Below are positions 33,853 to 42,080 of a stretch of 64,000 nucleotides of DNA, in pieces. How positions within the stretch are numbered: position 1 is the stretch's first letter; each line of letters begins with the position of its first letter. Source of the DNA: a candidate division FCPU426 bacterium (GTDB lineage: Bacteria; Oederibacteriota; Muellerivitia; Muellerivitales; Muellerivitaceae); NCBI GenBank assembly GCA_963738405.1, contig CAVTWJ010000009.1, positions 4,793 to 68,792 of the forward strand, in the 5' to 3' direction. Made by a program: the position numbers and the translations under genes. The notes under the pieces are model-generated. The model did no database searches. It was not told the origin of the DNA and was given only the letters and a program-made list of their open reading frames with translations.

Positions 33853-35360
33853 ATCCTAACGGGCCGATCCTACTCCTTCTTCTGCCCTGGGTGGGCGCCT
33901 TGCTGACCCTGGGGGCGGCTTTTCTTTCCCGCCGATTATGTTCCCTGATTTATCTCGCGGCCTTGGGGCTGGACGGCTGGATTCTTTTTCAAACCTTTAC
34001 TCCGGTTCTTACGAACGGATTTTTGAATTACCAGTTAGGAGGATGGGCCCCGCCCTGGGGGATTGAGCTGGTGGAAACCCCCTTCAACGCCTTGCTTTGC
34101 GGTTTTGTCCTGCTGGTAGCTTTCTCAGCCTGGTTTTACGCCCGAAGGCTCCGCCTGCCGGGGCCCACGGGGGCAAGACGCGAACGATGGCTCCTTTCCC
34201 TCTTTTTGTTTCTTACCGGGACCGCCTTGGGGCTTTTGCTTTTACGGGACGCCTTTTCCCTTTACCTGCTGTTGGAAGCCCTGGTGATTTTTGGAGCGGG
34301 GACGATCCTCCTCCTCAACCCTAAGGGCGCGCTGGACGCCTACCGGCTTTTGCTTTGGGGCAGCGCCGCCGCCACGCTTTATCTTTTGGGAGTGGTTTTT
34401 CTCGCAGCCTCGGCGGGAACCGTCCAACTGGATGACATTCTTGCCCAGCTCTTTACCTCCAAGACCCCGGGCGTGGCCCTGGCCGCAGGGTTTTTAACGG
34501 TCTTTGCCTGGGCCTTCCCGGCCCTATTCCCCGCGCCGGCCCTCTATAGCCGCCTCTTAAACCACACCCCCTCTTTCGTCACCGGCTTTCTGGTTTCCTT
34601 GGGGGCTAGGGCTACGGGCTACCTTTTATTCGTGTTGTGTTTCTTCACCCTGAATGTGCCGGGGCTTCTTTTACCCCTCGGGGCCGAGGCGCTTCTTTAC
34701 GGCCTCGTTCTCTTTTTCTTTTCCGGATTTGTCTTGGCCCCGCGCCAGAAAGATTTTCAACAGGCCATGGCCTACTTGGCCGTGGCGCAGGGCGGATACC
34801 TTTTGGCGGGTTTTATTTTGGGCAACAAGAGCGGCCTGGCGGGAAGCCTGCTGGAATTGTTAAGCCAAACCCTGGCCGTGGCCGGGTTGTTCTTCGTGTC
34901 GGAGAGCCTGCGCCAGGGCGCGGGGCCCCACCCCCTTTCCCGGATGATCGGCCTGGCCCGGCACCGCTTCTGGACCTGGACGGCGCTGATGGTTTTTCTG
35001 GCCTCGGCGGTGGGCGTCCCGCCCACGGGCGGGTTCTTCGCGAAGTTCTATTTATTCCAAGGCGCCCTGGAAAAACACGACTGGGTCCTGCTGGCGATTC
35101 TTTCCGCGGCGGCCATCTTTAATCTTTATTACCTGGGCAAATTTACCTTTTACCTTTGCGAGCACCGGCCTTCGGTGCCCGACCTGCCGCCCCCCTCTTT
35201 TTCATCCCTGTTCCCCATCATGGTTTTGGCGGCGGGGGTTTTGTTGCTGGGGGTTCTGCACCAGGAAGTGCTTCAAACTTTTGTGGAGCCGGCCCTGCCC
35301 AGGGCCTTCCAAAACCTGCCGGTGCCCAATGTGCCCTTCCTGGGCAAGGCTGTTGAATAA
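33849..35360 (+). CDS. MrpD/NuoN/NuoL-family proton-translocating antiporter-like subunit
   Basis: 503 aa with about 14 TM and a NuoN-like N-terminus; overlapping start. Confidence 0.65.
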   Translation: MNPNGPILLLLLPWVGALLTLGAAFLSRRLCSLIYLAALGLDGWILFQTFTPVLTNGFLNYQLGGWAPPWGIELVETPFNALLCGFVLLVAFSAWFYARRLRLPGPTGARRERWLLSLFLFLTGTALGLLLLRDAFSLYLLLEALVIFGAGTILLLNPKGALDAYRLLLWGSAAATLYLLGVVFLAASAGTVQLDDILAQLFTSKTPGVALAAGFLTVFAWAFPALFPAPALYSRLLNHTPSFVTGFLVSLGARATGYLLFVLCFFTLNVPGLLLPLGAEALLYGLVLFFFSGFVLAPRQKDFQQAMAYLAVAQGGYLLAGFILGNKSGLAGSLLELLSQTLAVAGLFFVSESLRQGAGPHPLSRMIGLARHRFWTWTALMVFLASAVGVPPTGGFFAKFYLFQGALEKHDWVLLAILSAAAIFNLYYLGKFTFYLCEHRPSVPDLPPPSFSSLFPIMVLAAGVLLLGVLHQEVLQTFVEPALPRAFQNLPVPNVPFLGKAVE

Positions 35361-35409
35361 TCCTCCAACCGCGCCTCAAATCTCCCCTAAAAGCTCAATA
35401 ACCGCTCCC

Positions 35410-35441
35410 TTGACTCTAGACTATACTCTAGAGTCTATACT
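35410..35441 (+). promoter_or_regulatory. MerR-type promoter: TTGACT -35, 20-bp spacer containing the dyad CTCTAGA-N6-TCTAGAG, TATACT -10
   Basis: ttgactctagactatactctagagtctatact, 19 bp upstream of the MerR-family gene start. Confidence 0.7.
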
Positions 35442-35459
35442 TTCTTCAGGGAGAGCCCC

Positions 35460-35849
35460 ATGGAACAAATCCAAGTCAGCCTGCAGATCGGCGAGGTCGC
35501 CAAGGCCAGCGGACTTTCTATCCATACCATCCGCTATTACGAAAAGGAGGGGCTGCTCAAAGAGCCTTTTCGAAGCGGGGGCGGTTTCCGGCTTTACCCT
35601 GGTGAAACCGTAGATCAACTGCTTTTCATCCAGAAGGCCCAGGGTTTCGGGCTGACCCTGAATGAGATCAAGCAAATCATGTGCTGCGGGGACCAGGGGC
35701 TGGGCCCCTGCTGCGATCTGACGGTGGACCTGTTCGCGAAAAAAATTGACGAGTTCGAGGCCAAGATCAAGGAACTGCAGGGCATGAAGAAGAAATTGAA
35801 GACCGTGTTGGGAAGCTGGGTGGGAAAGAAAAAAAGTAAGGGAGGCTGA
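35460..35849 (+). CDS. MerR-family transcriptional regulator with vicinal cysteine pairs (C75 C76 ... C84 C85)
   Basis: HTH IGEVAKASGLSIHTIRYYEKEGLL. MCCGDQGLGPCC precedes the coiled-coil. No C-terminal metal loop. Confidence 0.8.
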   Translation: MEQIQVSLQIGEVAKASGLSIHTIRYYEKEGLLKEPFRSGGGFRLYPGETVDQLLFIQKAQGFGLTLNEIKQIMCCGDQGLGPCCDLTVDLFAKKIDEFEAKIKELQGMKKKLKTVLGSWVGKKKSKGG

Positions 35850-35850
35850 T

Positions 35851-36291
35851 ATGGCGCAAAAGGTCTTGATTCTCTGCACAAAAAACTCCTGCCGGTCCCA
35901 AATGGCGGAAGGGGTTTTAAAACATTACGGCGGCGATAAGTTCATCGTCGAGAGCGCGGGCTTGGAGCCCACCCACGTCAACAAGAACGCCATCAAGGTG
36001 ATGGCGGAAATCGGCATCGACATTTCGGGGCAACATTCAAAAGACGTAGTCGATTTTCTCGGGGATTACTTCGGCTACATCATCACCGTCTGCTCCGACG
36101 CGGATCAAAGATGCCCTATCTTCCCTGGGGTATCCAGGAGGCTCTATTGGCCCTTTAACGACCCGCCCCAGACGGAAGTGGAAACGCCGGAGATTCTGGA
36201 TGAGTTCCGGAAGGTGAGGGACGAGATCGTCGTAAAGTTCAAGGAAGTCGCTGAGAAGGGCTTCCCGCTTATCGCCGAGTCGAAGGGTTAA
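35851..36291 (+). CDS. arsC: arsenate reductase, LMW-PTP/thioredoxin-coupled type
   Basis: CTKNSCRSQMAEG P-loop; ITVCSDADQRCP. Confidence 0.8.
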   Translation: MAQKVLILCTKNSCRSQMAEGVLKHYGGDKFIVESAGLEPTHVNKNAIKVMAEIGIDISGQHSKDVVDFLGDYFGYIITVCSDADQRCPIFPGVSRRLYWPFNDPPQTEVETPEILDEFRKVRDEIVVKFKEVAEKGFPLIAESKG

Positions 36292-36312
36292 AAATTCGAG
36301 GAGGAGTCTGGA

Positions 36313-37161
36313 ATGGAAAATCATCCCGCCGAGTCTGAAAAGATCAAATCCGCCGTGAGGGAAAGATACGGCAAGATCGCCGAATCAGCCCAGCCGACCT
36401 CCTGCTGCGGGATGGAAGAATCCCAAACGCCTTCTTCCTGCTGCGGGGGAGGGGAAGAGAAGGGCGGGTTCTCCTACAGCTTCATCGGGGAAGATTACCA
36501 GAAGCTTCCGGGCTACCAGCCCGAGGCGGACCTGGGGCTGGGCTGCGGCCTTCCCACCGAATTGGCGGTTATCCAGGAGGGGGACCATGTCCTTGACCTG
36601 GGGAGCGGGGCCGGCAACGACGCCTTCGTGGCCCGCCGGATCGTGGGGGAAAAGGGCCGGGTGACCGGCGTGGATATGACGCCCCAAATGATCGAAAAGG
36701 CGAAAGCCAACAGCCAAAAGCTGGGTTATGCCAATGTGGATTTTCTTCTAGGTGAAATCGAAAAACTTCCCTTAGCTGACGGCACGGTGGATGTGGTGAT
36801 CAGCAATTGCGTCCTGAACCTGGTGCCTGACAAGGCGCAAGCCTTTAAGGAAATCTTCCGGGTGCTCAAACCCGGGGGCCATTTCAATGTTTCGGATATC
36901 GTGCTGGACCGGGAATTGCCCGAAAAACTCCGCAGGGAAGCCGAACTTTACGTGGGTTGCGTTTCGGGAGCCAGCCGGCGGAGTGAATATTTGGAATTGA
37001 TTCAAAGCGCGGGTTTTAAAGATGTCCGGGTTCAAAAAGACCGCCGGGTGGATGTTCCGCAGGAAATCCTGAAGAAGTACCTGAGCCAAGCTGAATTGCG
37101 GGAAATGGAAGCGTGGGGCTTAGGCATCGCCAGCATCACGGTTTGGGGCGTGAAGCCTTGA
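36313..37161 (+). CDS. arsM: arsenite S-adenosylmethionine methyltransferase
   Basis: N-terminal cysteine pairs SCCGMEESQTPSSCCGGG. SAM motif VLDLGSGAGNDAF. VISNCVLNLVPDK. Confidence 0.8.
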   Translation: MENHPAESEKIKSAVRERYGKIAESAQPTSCCGMEESQTPSSCCGGGEEKGGFSYSFIGEDYQKLPGYQPEADLGLGCGLPTELAVIQEGDHVLDLGSGAGNDAFVARRIVGEKGRVTGVDMTPQMIEKAKANSQKLGYANVDFLLGEIEKLPLADGTVDVVISNCVLNLVPDKAQAFKEIFRVLKPGGHFNVSDIVLDRELPEKLRREAELYVGCVSGASRRSEYLELIQSAGFKDVRVQKDRRVDVPQEILKKYLSQAELREMEAWGLGIASITVWGVKP

Positions 37162-37217
37162 AACCGGCGGCCCCAATAGCCGGCAAGGGGAAGAACGCCA
37201 CGGGCCTAGCCGCCAAG

Positions 37218-38255
37218 ATGAACATTTTCGAGCGGTACCTATCCCTATGGGTCGCTCTTTGCATGGGTTTAGGCATCCTCATCGGAAAATTTTTTCCCCA
37301 GGTCGTTACCTCCCTTCAAGGCATGGAATTCGGCACTGGAAGCCATATCAACATTCCCATCGCCATTCTCATCTGGCTGATGATCTACCCCATGATGTTG
37401 AAGATTGATTTTGCGTCCCTCAAAGGCGTGGGGAAGAAGCCGAAGGGTTTGCTGGTGACCCTTTTCGTCAATTGGCTGGTCAAACCCTTTTCCATGGCCC
37501 TCTTCGGATGGTTGTTCCTCAAAGTTCTCTTCGTCCCCTGGCTGGGGCCCGAGATGGCCAACCAATATCTGGCGGGGGTCATTATCCTGGCCGCCGCTCC
37601 CTGCACGGCCATGGTTTTTGTCTGGTCCTATTTGGCGGGCGGGGACGCGGCCTATACCCTGGTTCAGGTTTCCGTGAACGACCTCATCATGTTGGTGGCT
37701 TTCGCCCCGATCGTGCGGTTCCTTGTGTCGGGCGCCTCGGGGTTGGAAGTGCCTTTCCAGGTTCTTTTATATTCGGTGGTCATCTTTGTGGTGATCCCCT
37801 TAAGTCTAGGGGCTTTGAGCCGTTGGACCCTTATTCGGGCCAAGGGCGCCAGATGGTTTAATGAAAAATTCATGACCTTCTTTCATCCCCTCACCATCCT
37901 GGCCCTGTTGGCCACACTGGTTTTAATTTTCGCCTTTCAGGCCGGGAACATCACGAACCGCTGGGTCGATGTGTTCCTCATCGCCATCCCGATCCTGATC
38001 CAGGTCTATTTCAACGCGGGTTTGGCCTACGGTTTGATGAAACTTTTTAAAGTGCCCTATCCGGTGGCGGCGCCGGGCGCGTTGATTGGCGCCTCGAATT
38101 TCTTTGAGTTGGCGGTGGCGACCGCCATCGCGCTTTACGGGCCCGGAAGCGGGGCCGCTTTGGCGACGGTGGTGGGGGTCCTAGTGGAGGTTCCGGTCAT
38201 GCTATCGGTTTGTTCCATTTGCGTTTCGAGTAAAAAATGGTTTGAAAAGGGCTGA
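37218..38255 (+). CDS. acr3: ACR3-family arsenite efflux transporter
   Basis: MNIFERYLSLWVALCMGLGILIGKFFP is a typical ACR3 N-terminus; 10 TM. Confidence 0.8.
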   Translation: MNIFERYLSLWVALCMGLGILIGKFFPQVVTSLQGMEFGTGSHINIPIAILIWLMIYPMMLKIDFASLKGVGKKPKGLLVTLFVNWLVKPFSMALFGWLFLKVLFVPWLGPEMANQYLAGVIILAAAPCTAMVFVWSYLAGGDAAYTLVQVSVNDLIMLVAFAPIVRFLVSGASGLEVPFQVLLYSVVIFVVIPLSLGALSRWTLIRAKGARWFNEKFMTFFHPLTILALLATLVLIFAFQAGNITNRWVDVFLIAIPILIQVYFNAGLAYGLMKLFKVPYPVAAPGALIGASNFFELAVATAIALYGPGSGAALATVVGVLVEVPVMLSVCSICVSSKKWFEKG

Positions 38256-38275
38256 CCCCGAAAGTGTTTTTTGTT

Positions 38276-38313
38276 CCAAGACCCTGCGGGTCTTTGGTTT
38301 TGACTTTCTCTTT
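38276..38313 (+). terminator. rho-independent terminator after acr3
   Basis: CCAAGACCC-tgc-GGGTCTTTGG followed by TTTTGACTTTCTCTTT. Confidence 0.5.
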
Positions 38314-38442
38314 CCGCCGGTCAGGTTTGCGGGGCCCACTGGAACGGGCAGCTCCACCCGTAAGTCCTGGCCGGGGAAGGAGTTTTCAACCGCTTGATTT
38401 ACGATGGCGCTCGTCTCAAATTAAATCATGAAGGAATAACCC

Positions 38443-38844
38443 ATGAAAAAAATCCTTTTTCTCTGCGTGGCCAATTCGGCCCGGAGCCAAATGGCCGAAG
38501 GGTTAGCCAAGGCTTACTTTGGGGATCAGGCCCTCGTTCAAAGCGCCGGATCCAAACCCTCGAAGGTGAATCCCTACGCCGTCATGGCGATGGCTGAAAT
38601 CAACATCGACATTTCCAAAAACCGGTCCAAGTCGGTGGAAGAGATCGACCCTTCCACCGTGGACACGGTCATCACCCTTTGCGCCGAGGAGGAATGCCCG
38701 GTCTTTTTAGGAAAGGCCGAAAGGTTCCATTGGGGCCTTCCAGACCCGGGCGTGGGAAAAAACACCGATGAAGAAAAGCTTCAAAGCTTCCGGGAAGTCC
38801 GCGATGAAATAAAAAAAAGAATTGAAGCGCGATTTCCCAAATAA
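38443..38844 (+). CDS. arsC: second LMW-PTP-type arsenate reductase
   Basis: [13 protein letters not shown]; [10 protein letters not shown]. Confidence 0.75.
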   Translation: MKKILFLCVANSARSQMAEGLAKAYFGDQALVQSAGSKPSKVNPYAVMAMAEINIDISKNRSKSVEEIDPSTVDTVITLCAEEECPVFLGKAERFHWGLPDPGVGKNTDEEKLQSFREVRDEIKKRIEARFPK

Positions 38845-38851
38845 AAAGGGA

Positions 38852-39094
38852 TTACAGAGTCTTGTGGGTGCCGTCGCAGTAGGGCTTGTTCTTGGAATGC
38901 TTGCACTGGCACAAGAAGGCGGTCTTGGTTTCCTCGGCCTTGAATACGATAGGCGCAAAACCCTCGTGTTCCTTATGGCTTCCGTCGCAAAAGGGCTGGC
39001 TCTTGGAATAACCGCAGGCGCACCAGGCGTAGGTTTTTCCGGATTCCAACTCGACCTTGGCGGGGAATTTGGCGGCGATATTCGGCTCGGACAT
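38852..39094 (-). CDS. CDGSH iron-sulfur domain protein (two CDGSH motifs)
   Basis: CDGSHKEHEG and CDGTHK. Confidence 0.8.
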   Translation of the reverse strand: MSEPNIAAKFPAKVELESGKTYAWCACGYSKSQPFCDGSHKEHEGFAPIVFKAEETKTAFLCQCKHSKNKPYCDGTHKTL

Positions 39095-39331
39095 AGGGGC
39101 TCTCCTAAAATTTTTTCGACAAACTCAACAGTCCCTTCATGCTAGGGAGCCTGCCTGTTAAATACAACCTCCCGGCTTTTATTGCGGTTACGAAAGGGTA
39201 ACAATCTTTCATCTTTCTTTTGAAACCTGAAAAAACCTATTGGTGTGGGTAAAACCCATTGTTAGAGTTAAAGTAGTGTTTAGCCCTGCGTTCATACATT
39301 CCCAGGGCGGCAACAACGCCAAGGATCACTT

Positions 39332-41248
39332 ATGACCGACGCCACAAACCGGGAACTGGAATGGCTGGAAACGGACGGCCTAGGGGGCTTTGCTTCCGGG
39401 ACGGCCCTGGGGCTCCGCACCCGCAGGTACCATTCCCTCCTTCTAACCGCTACCACACCCCCGACAGGGCGCATGGCCCTGATCAAGGGCGTGGATGCCT
39501 GGGTGGAAACGGGCGACGATTTTAATTTCTTGAATCCCCAGGCCTATTATCCCGATGTGTTGGTTCCCGAAAAAACCGATGCCCTGGTTTCCTTTGAGGC
39601 CAAGCCCTGGCCCCGCTGGGTTTACAAGCTCAGCAACGGGCTTTTGTTGGAATACGAATTTTTCGTGCCCCATGGAAAACCCATGGCCGTGCTTTCTTTC
39701 AAATTGCTTTCCGAATCGGGCTCGGTTCGGCTTTCCTTAAGGCCCCTTTTGGCGGGCTGCGATTACCATTCCCTTCACCACGAAAACCCCGATTTCCGGT
39801 TTGAGGCCGATGTGTTCGATAAGTTGGTCCAGTGGAGGCCCTATCCGGGATTGCCGGTGATCTCCGCATTGCACAACGGCCATTACCATCACAAACCCGA
39901 CTGGTACCGCCAATTCCTTTATGAAAAGGAAAGGGAAAGGGGCCTGGACCATCTGGAAGACCTGGCCTCCCCGGGGCTCTTTCAATGGACCATCACCAAG
40001 ACCCGCGCGGTCATCCTTTTTTCAGCCAACGGCATCCGCCCCGCCGGGGAACAGGACCTGCCCCAGGTTGAGGAGATGTACGACTCGCTCCGGAGTGCCG
40101 AGGAAGAAAGGCGAAAATGCTTCGCCTCCCCGCTTCAAAAAAGCTCCGAATCCTATTTCGTGAAAAGAGGAAAGGGAAAATCCATCGTGGCGGGCTATCC
40201 CTGGTTTACCGATTGGGGAAGGGACACCTTTATCGCGCTGAGGGGTCTGGGCATTGCCCAAGGTCGGATGGAGGAAAGCCGGGATATATTGCTCGAATGG
40301 TCCCGCACTCTCGACCCCCAAGGCATGCTGCCCAACCGTTTCCCCGACAAGGGGGAAGACCCCGATTACAATTCCGCCGATTCGGCCCTTTGGTTCATCC
40401 AGGCGGTGAGGGAATATTTCCTCGCGGGGGGGAAGGGCGGGGAAAAGGAACTGGCCGAGGCGGTGTGGAAGATTTTGGAAGGTTATAAGGCTGGGATCCG
40501 TGTGGGAATCGGGGTGGATCATGACGGCCTCCTGTGGGTCGGGGAAGGCGACAGCTCCCTGACTTGGATGGACGCGAGGGTCAACGGCGGCGCGGTCACG
40601 CCCCGGGTGGGGAAACCCGTCGAAGTGGAGGCCCTTTGGCTCAACGCGATCTTCTTCGCCCTCACGCTGACGAAGACTCCCCATCCCGAATGGAAAGAGC
40701 TTTTCGACCGGGGGATGAAATCTTTCCAGGAAAAATTCTGGTATGAGCGGGGCGGCTACCTTTATGACGTGGTGGACCGGGACCGGTTTCCCAATTCGGT
40801 CGACACTCGCTTTCGACCCAATCAAATATTCGCGGCCGGCGGCCTTCCCTTGACGCTGGTGCCGCCGGATCAGGCCCGCCGGGTCGTGGAGCAAGTTGAA
40901 AAGAGGCTTTGGACTCCCGGCGGTTTGAGAACCTTGGCGCCCGGGGAACCGGGCTACCAGCCCCATTACCGGGGAAGCGTCATCGAGAGGGACAGCGCCT
41001 ACCACCAAGGCCCGGCTTGGCCCTGGCTTCTGGGACCCTTCGTGGAGGCTTGGTTGAAAGTTGAGGGGGCGGATAAAACCGAAGCGAAGAAAAAATTCCT
41101 GGATCCCTTGATGGAGCGCCTGAAGGAAACGGAAACGAACCACCTGCCTGAACTTTTTGACGGGGAAGAACCGTTCCAAGCCGGAGGTTGTCCCTTCCAG
41201 GCATGGTCCCTGGGAGAACTATTACGGTTGGAAAAAATCCTTTCCTAA
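39332..41248 (+). CDS. amylo-alpha-1,6-glucosidase / glycogen debranching enzyme family protein (GDE_N + GDE_C type)
   Basis: N-terminal LEWLETDGLGGFASGT...RRYHSLL plus length and composition. Confidence 0.65.
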   Translation: MTDATNRELEWLETDGLGGFASGTALGLRTRRYHSLLLTATTPPTGRMALIKGVDAWVETGDDFNFLNPQAYYPDVLVPEKTDALVSFEAKPWPRWVYKLSNGLLLEYEFFVPHGKPMAVLSFKLLSESGSVRLSLRPLLAGCDYHSLHHENPDFRFEADVFDKLVQWRPYPGLPVISALHNGHYHHKPDWYRQFLYEKERERGLDHLEDLASPGLFQWTITKTRAVILFSANGIRPAGEQDLPQVEEMYDSLRSAEEERRKCFASPLQKSSESYFVKRGKGKSIVAGYPWFTDWGRDTFIALRGLGIAQGRMEESRDILLEWSRTLDPQGMLPNRFPDKGEDPDYNSADSALWFIQAVREYFLAGGKGGEKELAEAVWKILEGYKAGIRVGIGVDHDGLLWVGEGDSSLTWMDARVNGGAVTPRVGKPVEVEALWLNAIFFALTLTKTPHPEWKELFDRGMKSFQEKFWYERGGYLYDVVDRDRFPNSVDTRFRPNQIFAAGGLPLTLVPPDQARRVVEQVEKRLWTPGGLRTLAPGEPGYQPHYRGSVIERDSAYHQGPAWPWLLGPFVEAWLKVEGADKTEAKKKFLDPLMERLKETETNHLPELFDGEEPFQAGGCPFQAWSLGELLRLEKILS

Positions 41249-41288
41249 AGACTCTTGTTCCCTTTTATATTTCCTATAATACGCCCTC

Positions 41289-41948
41289 ATGAAAAACCTC
41301 CTAACCCTCCTCCTCTTTTCCGGAGCTCTTCTTTCCTTTTTTTCCACCCCGGCTTGGTCGGATGACGCCGACCCGAGGCTTCGGGTGCTTGATTGCGTGG
41401 GGAATGTGACCGTATTACGAGACCAAACGGAAGAAACCACCCGATTGCGCGCAGATCTGCACGTGGATGACGGTGACAGGATCGTCACCGGCCCCAAGTC
41501 CGAGGCGGTTTTGAGGCTGAAGAACCGGGTTTACCTCCACCTGGCTGAAAACACCCGCCTTTCCATCAGCCGCCTCCGCTATTTCGAGGGACGGGGACTG
41601 ACCTTTCGAGTGACACTCCTGTCGGGAAAATTAGTGGCCCAGATGGACCAAAAACCCGACTACCCCTTTGAAATTTACGCCGGAGATGTCGTCTGCCAGG
41701 CCCACGGCACCTTGGTGGAGGTGGTGAAGCAGGGCGACCAGGTGAAGGTCTATTCCCACCAGGGGGCCTTCGTGACCAGCAGTAAGGGAAGGACCGAAAT
41801 CGCCAAAAAGGGCCAGGTGGTGGTTTATACGGGTGGAATATTTAAGGATAAGTACTCTATTTCCACCGAGGACGAAGCGGATTTAACCGAGTGGCGGGAG
41901 CATTTGCACGACATTCGCACCGGCCATTCCCACGGCGGGCCCCATTAA
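41289..41948 (+). CDS. secreted FecR-like domain protein
   Basis: Signal peptide. GNVTVLRDQTEETTRLRADLHVDDGDRIVTGPKSEAVLRL pattern. Confidence 0.4.
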   Translation: MKNLLTLLLFSGALLSFFSTPAWSDDADPRLRVLDCVGNVTVLRDQTEETTRLRADLHVDDGDRIVTGPKSEAVLRLKNRVYLHLAENTRLSISRLRYFEGRGLTFRVTLLSGKLVAQMDQKPDYPFEIYAGDVVCQAHGTLVEVVKQGDQVKVYSHQGAFVTSSKGRTEIAKKGQVVVYTGGIFKDKYSISTEDEADLTEWREHLHDIRTGHSHGGPH

Positions 41949-42080
41949 TTTACCCCGACGTTGAGGGGCATTGATGCTTGACTCCCCACGCGAAACCCCC
42001 GACAATTACGCCTCCCCAGGGGGCCTTCCGGACCATACCCGGCAAGGATTTCCCACCAAGAAAGGCATAGAGACCCACAG

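Noticed and set aside
40022-41179. 385-aa minus-strand ORF
   Set aside because: It is antisense to the glycogen-debranching-family gene. Its composition is Pro/Gly/Arg-rich with no motifs.
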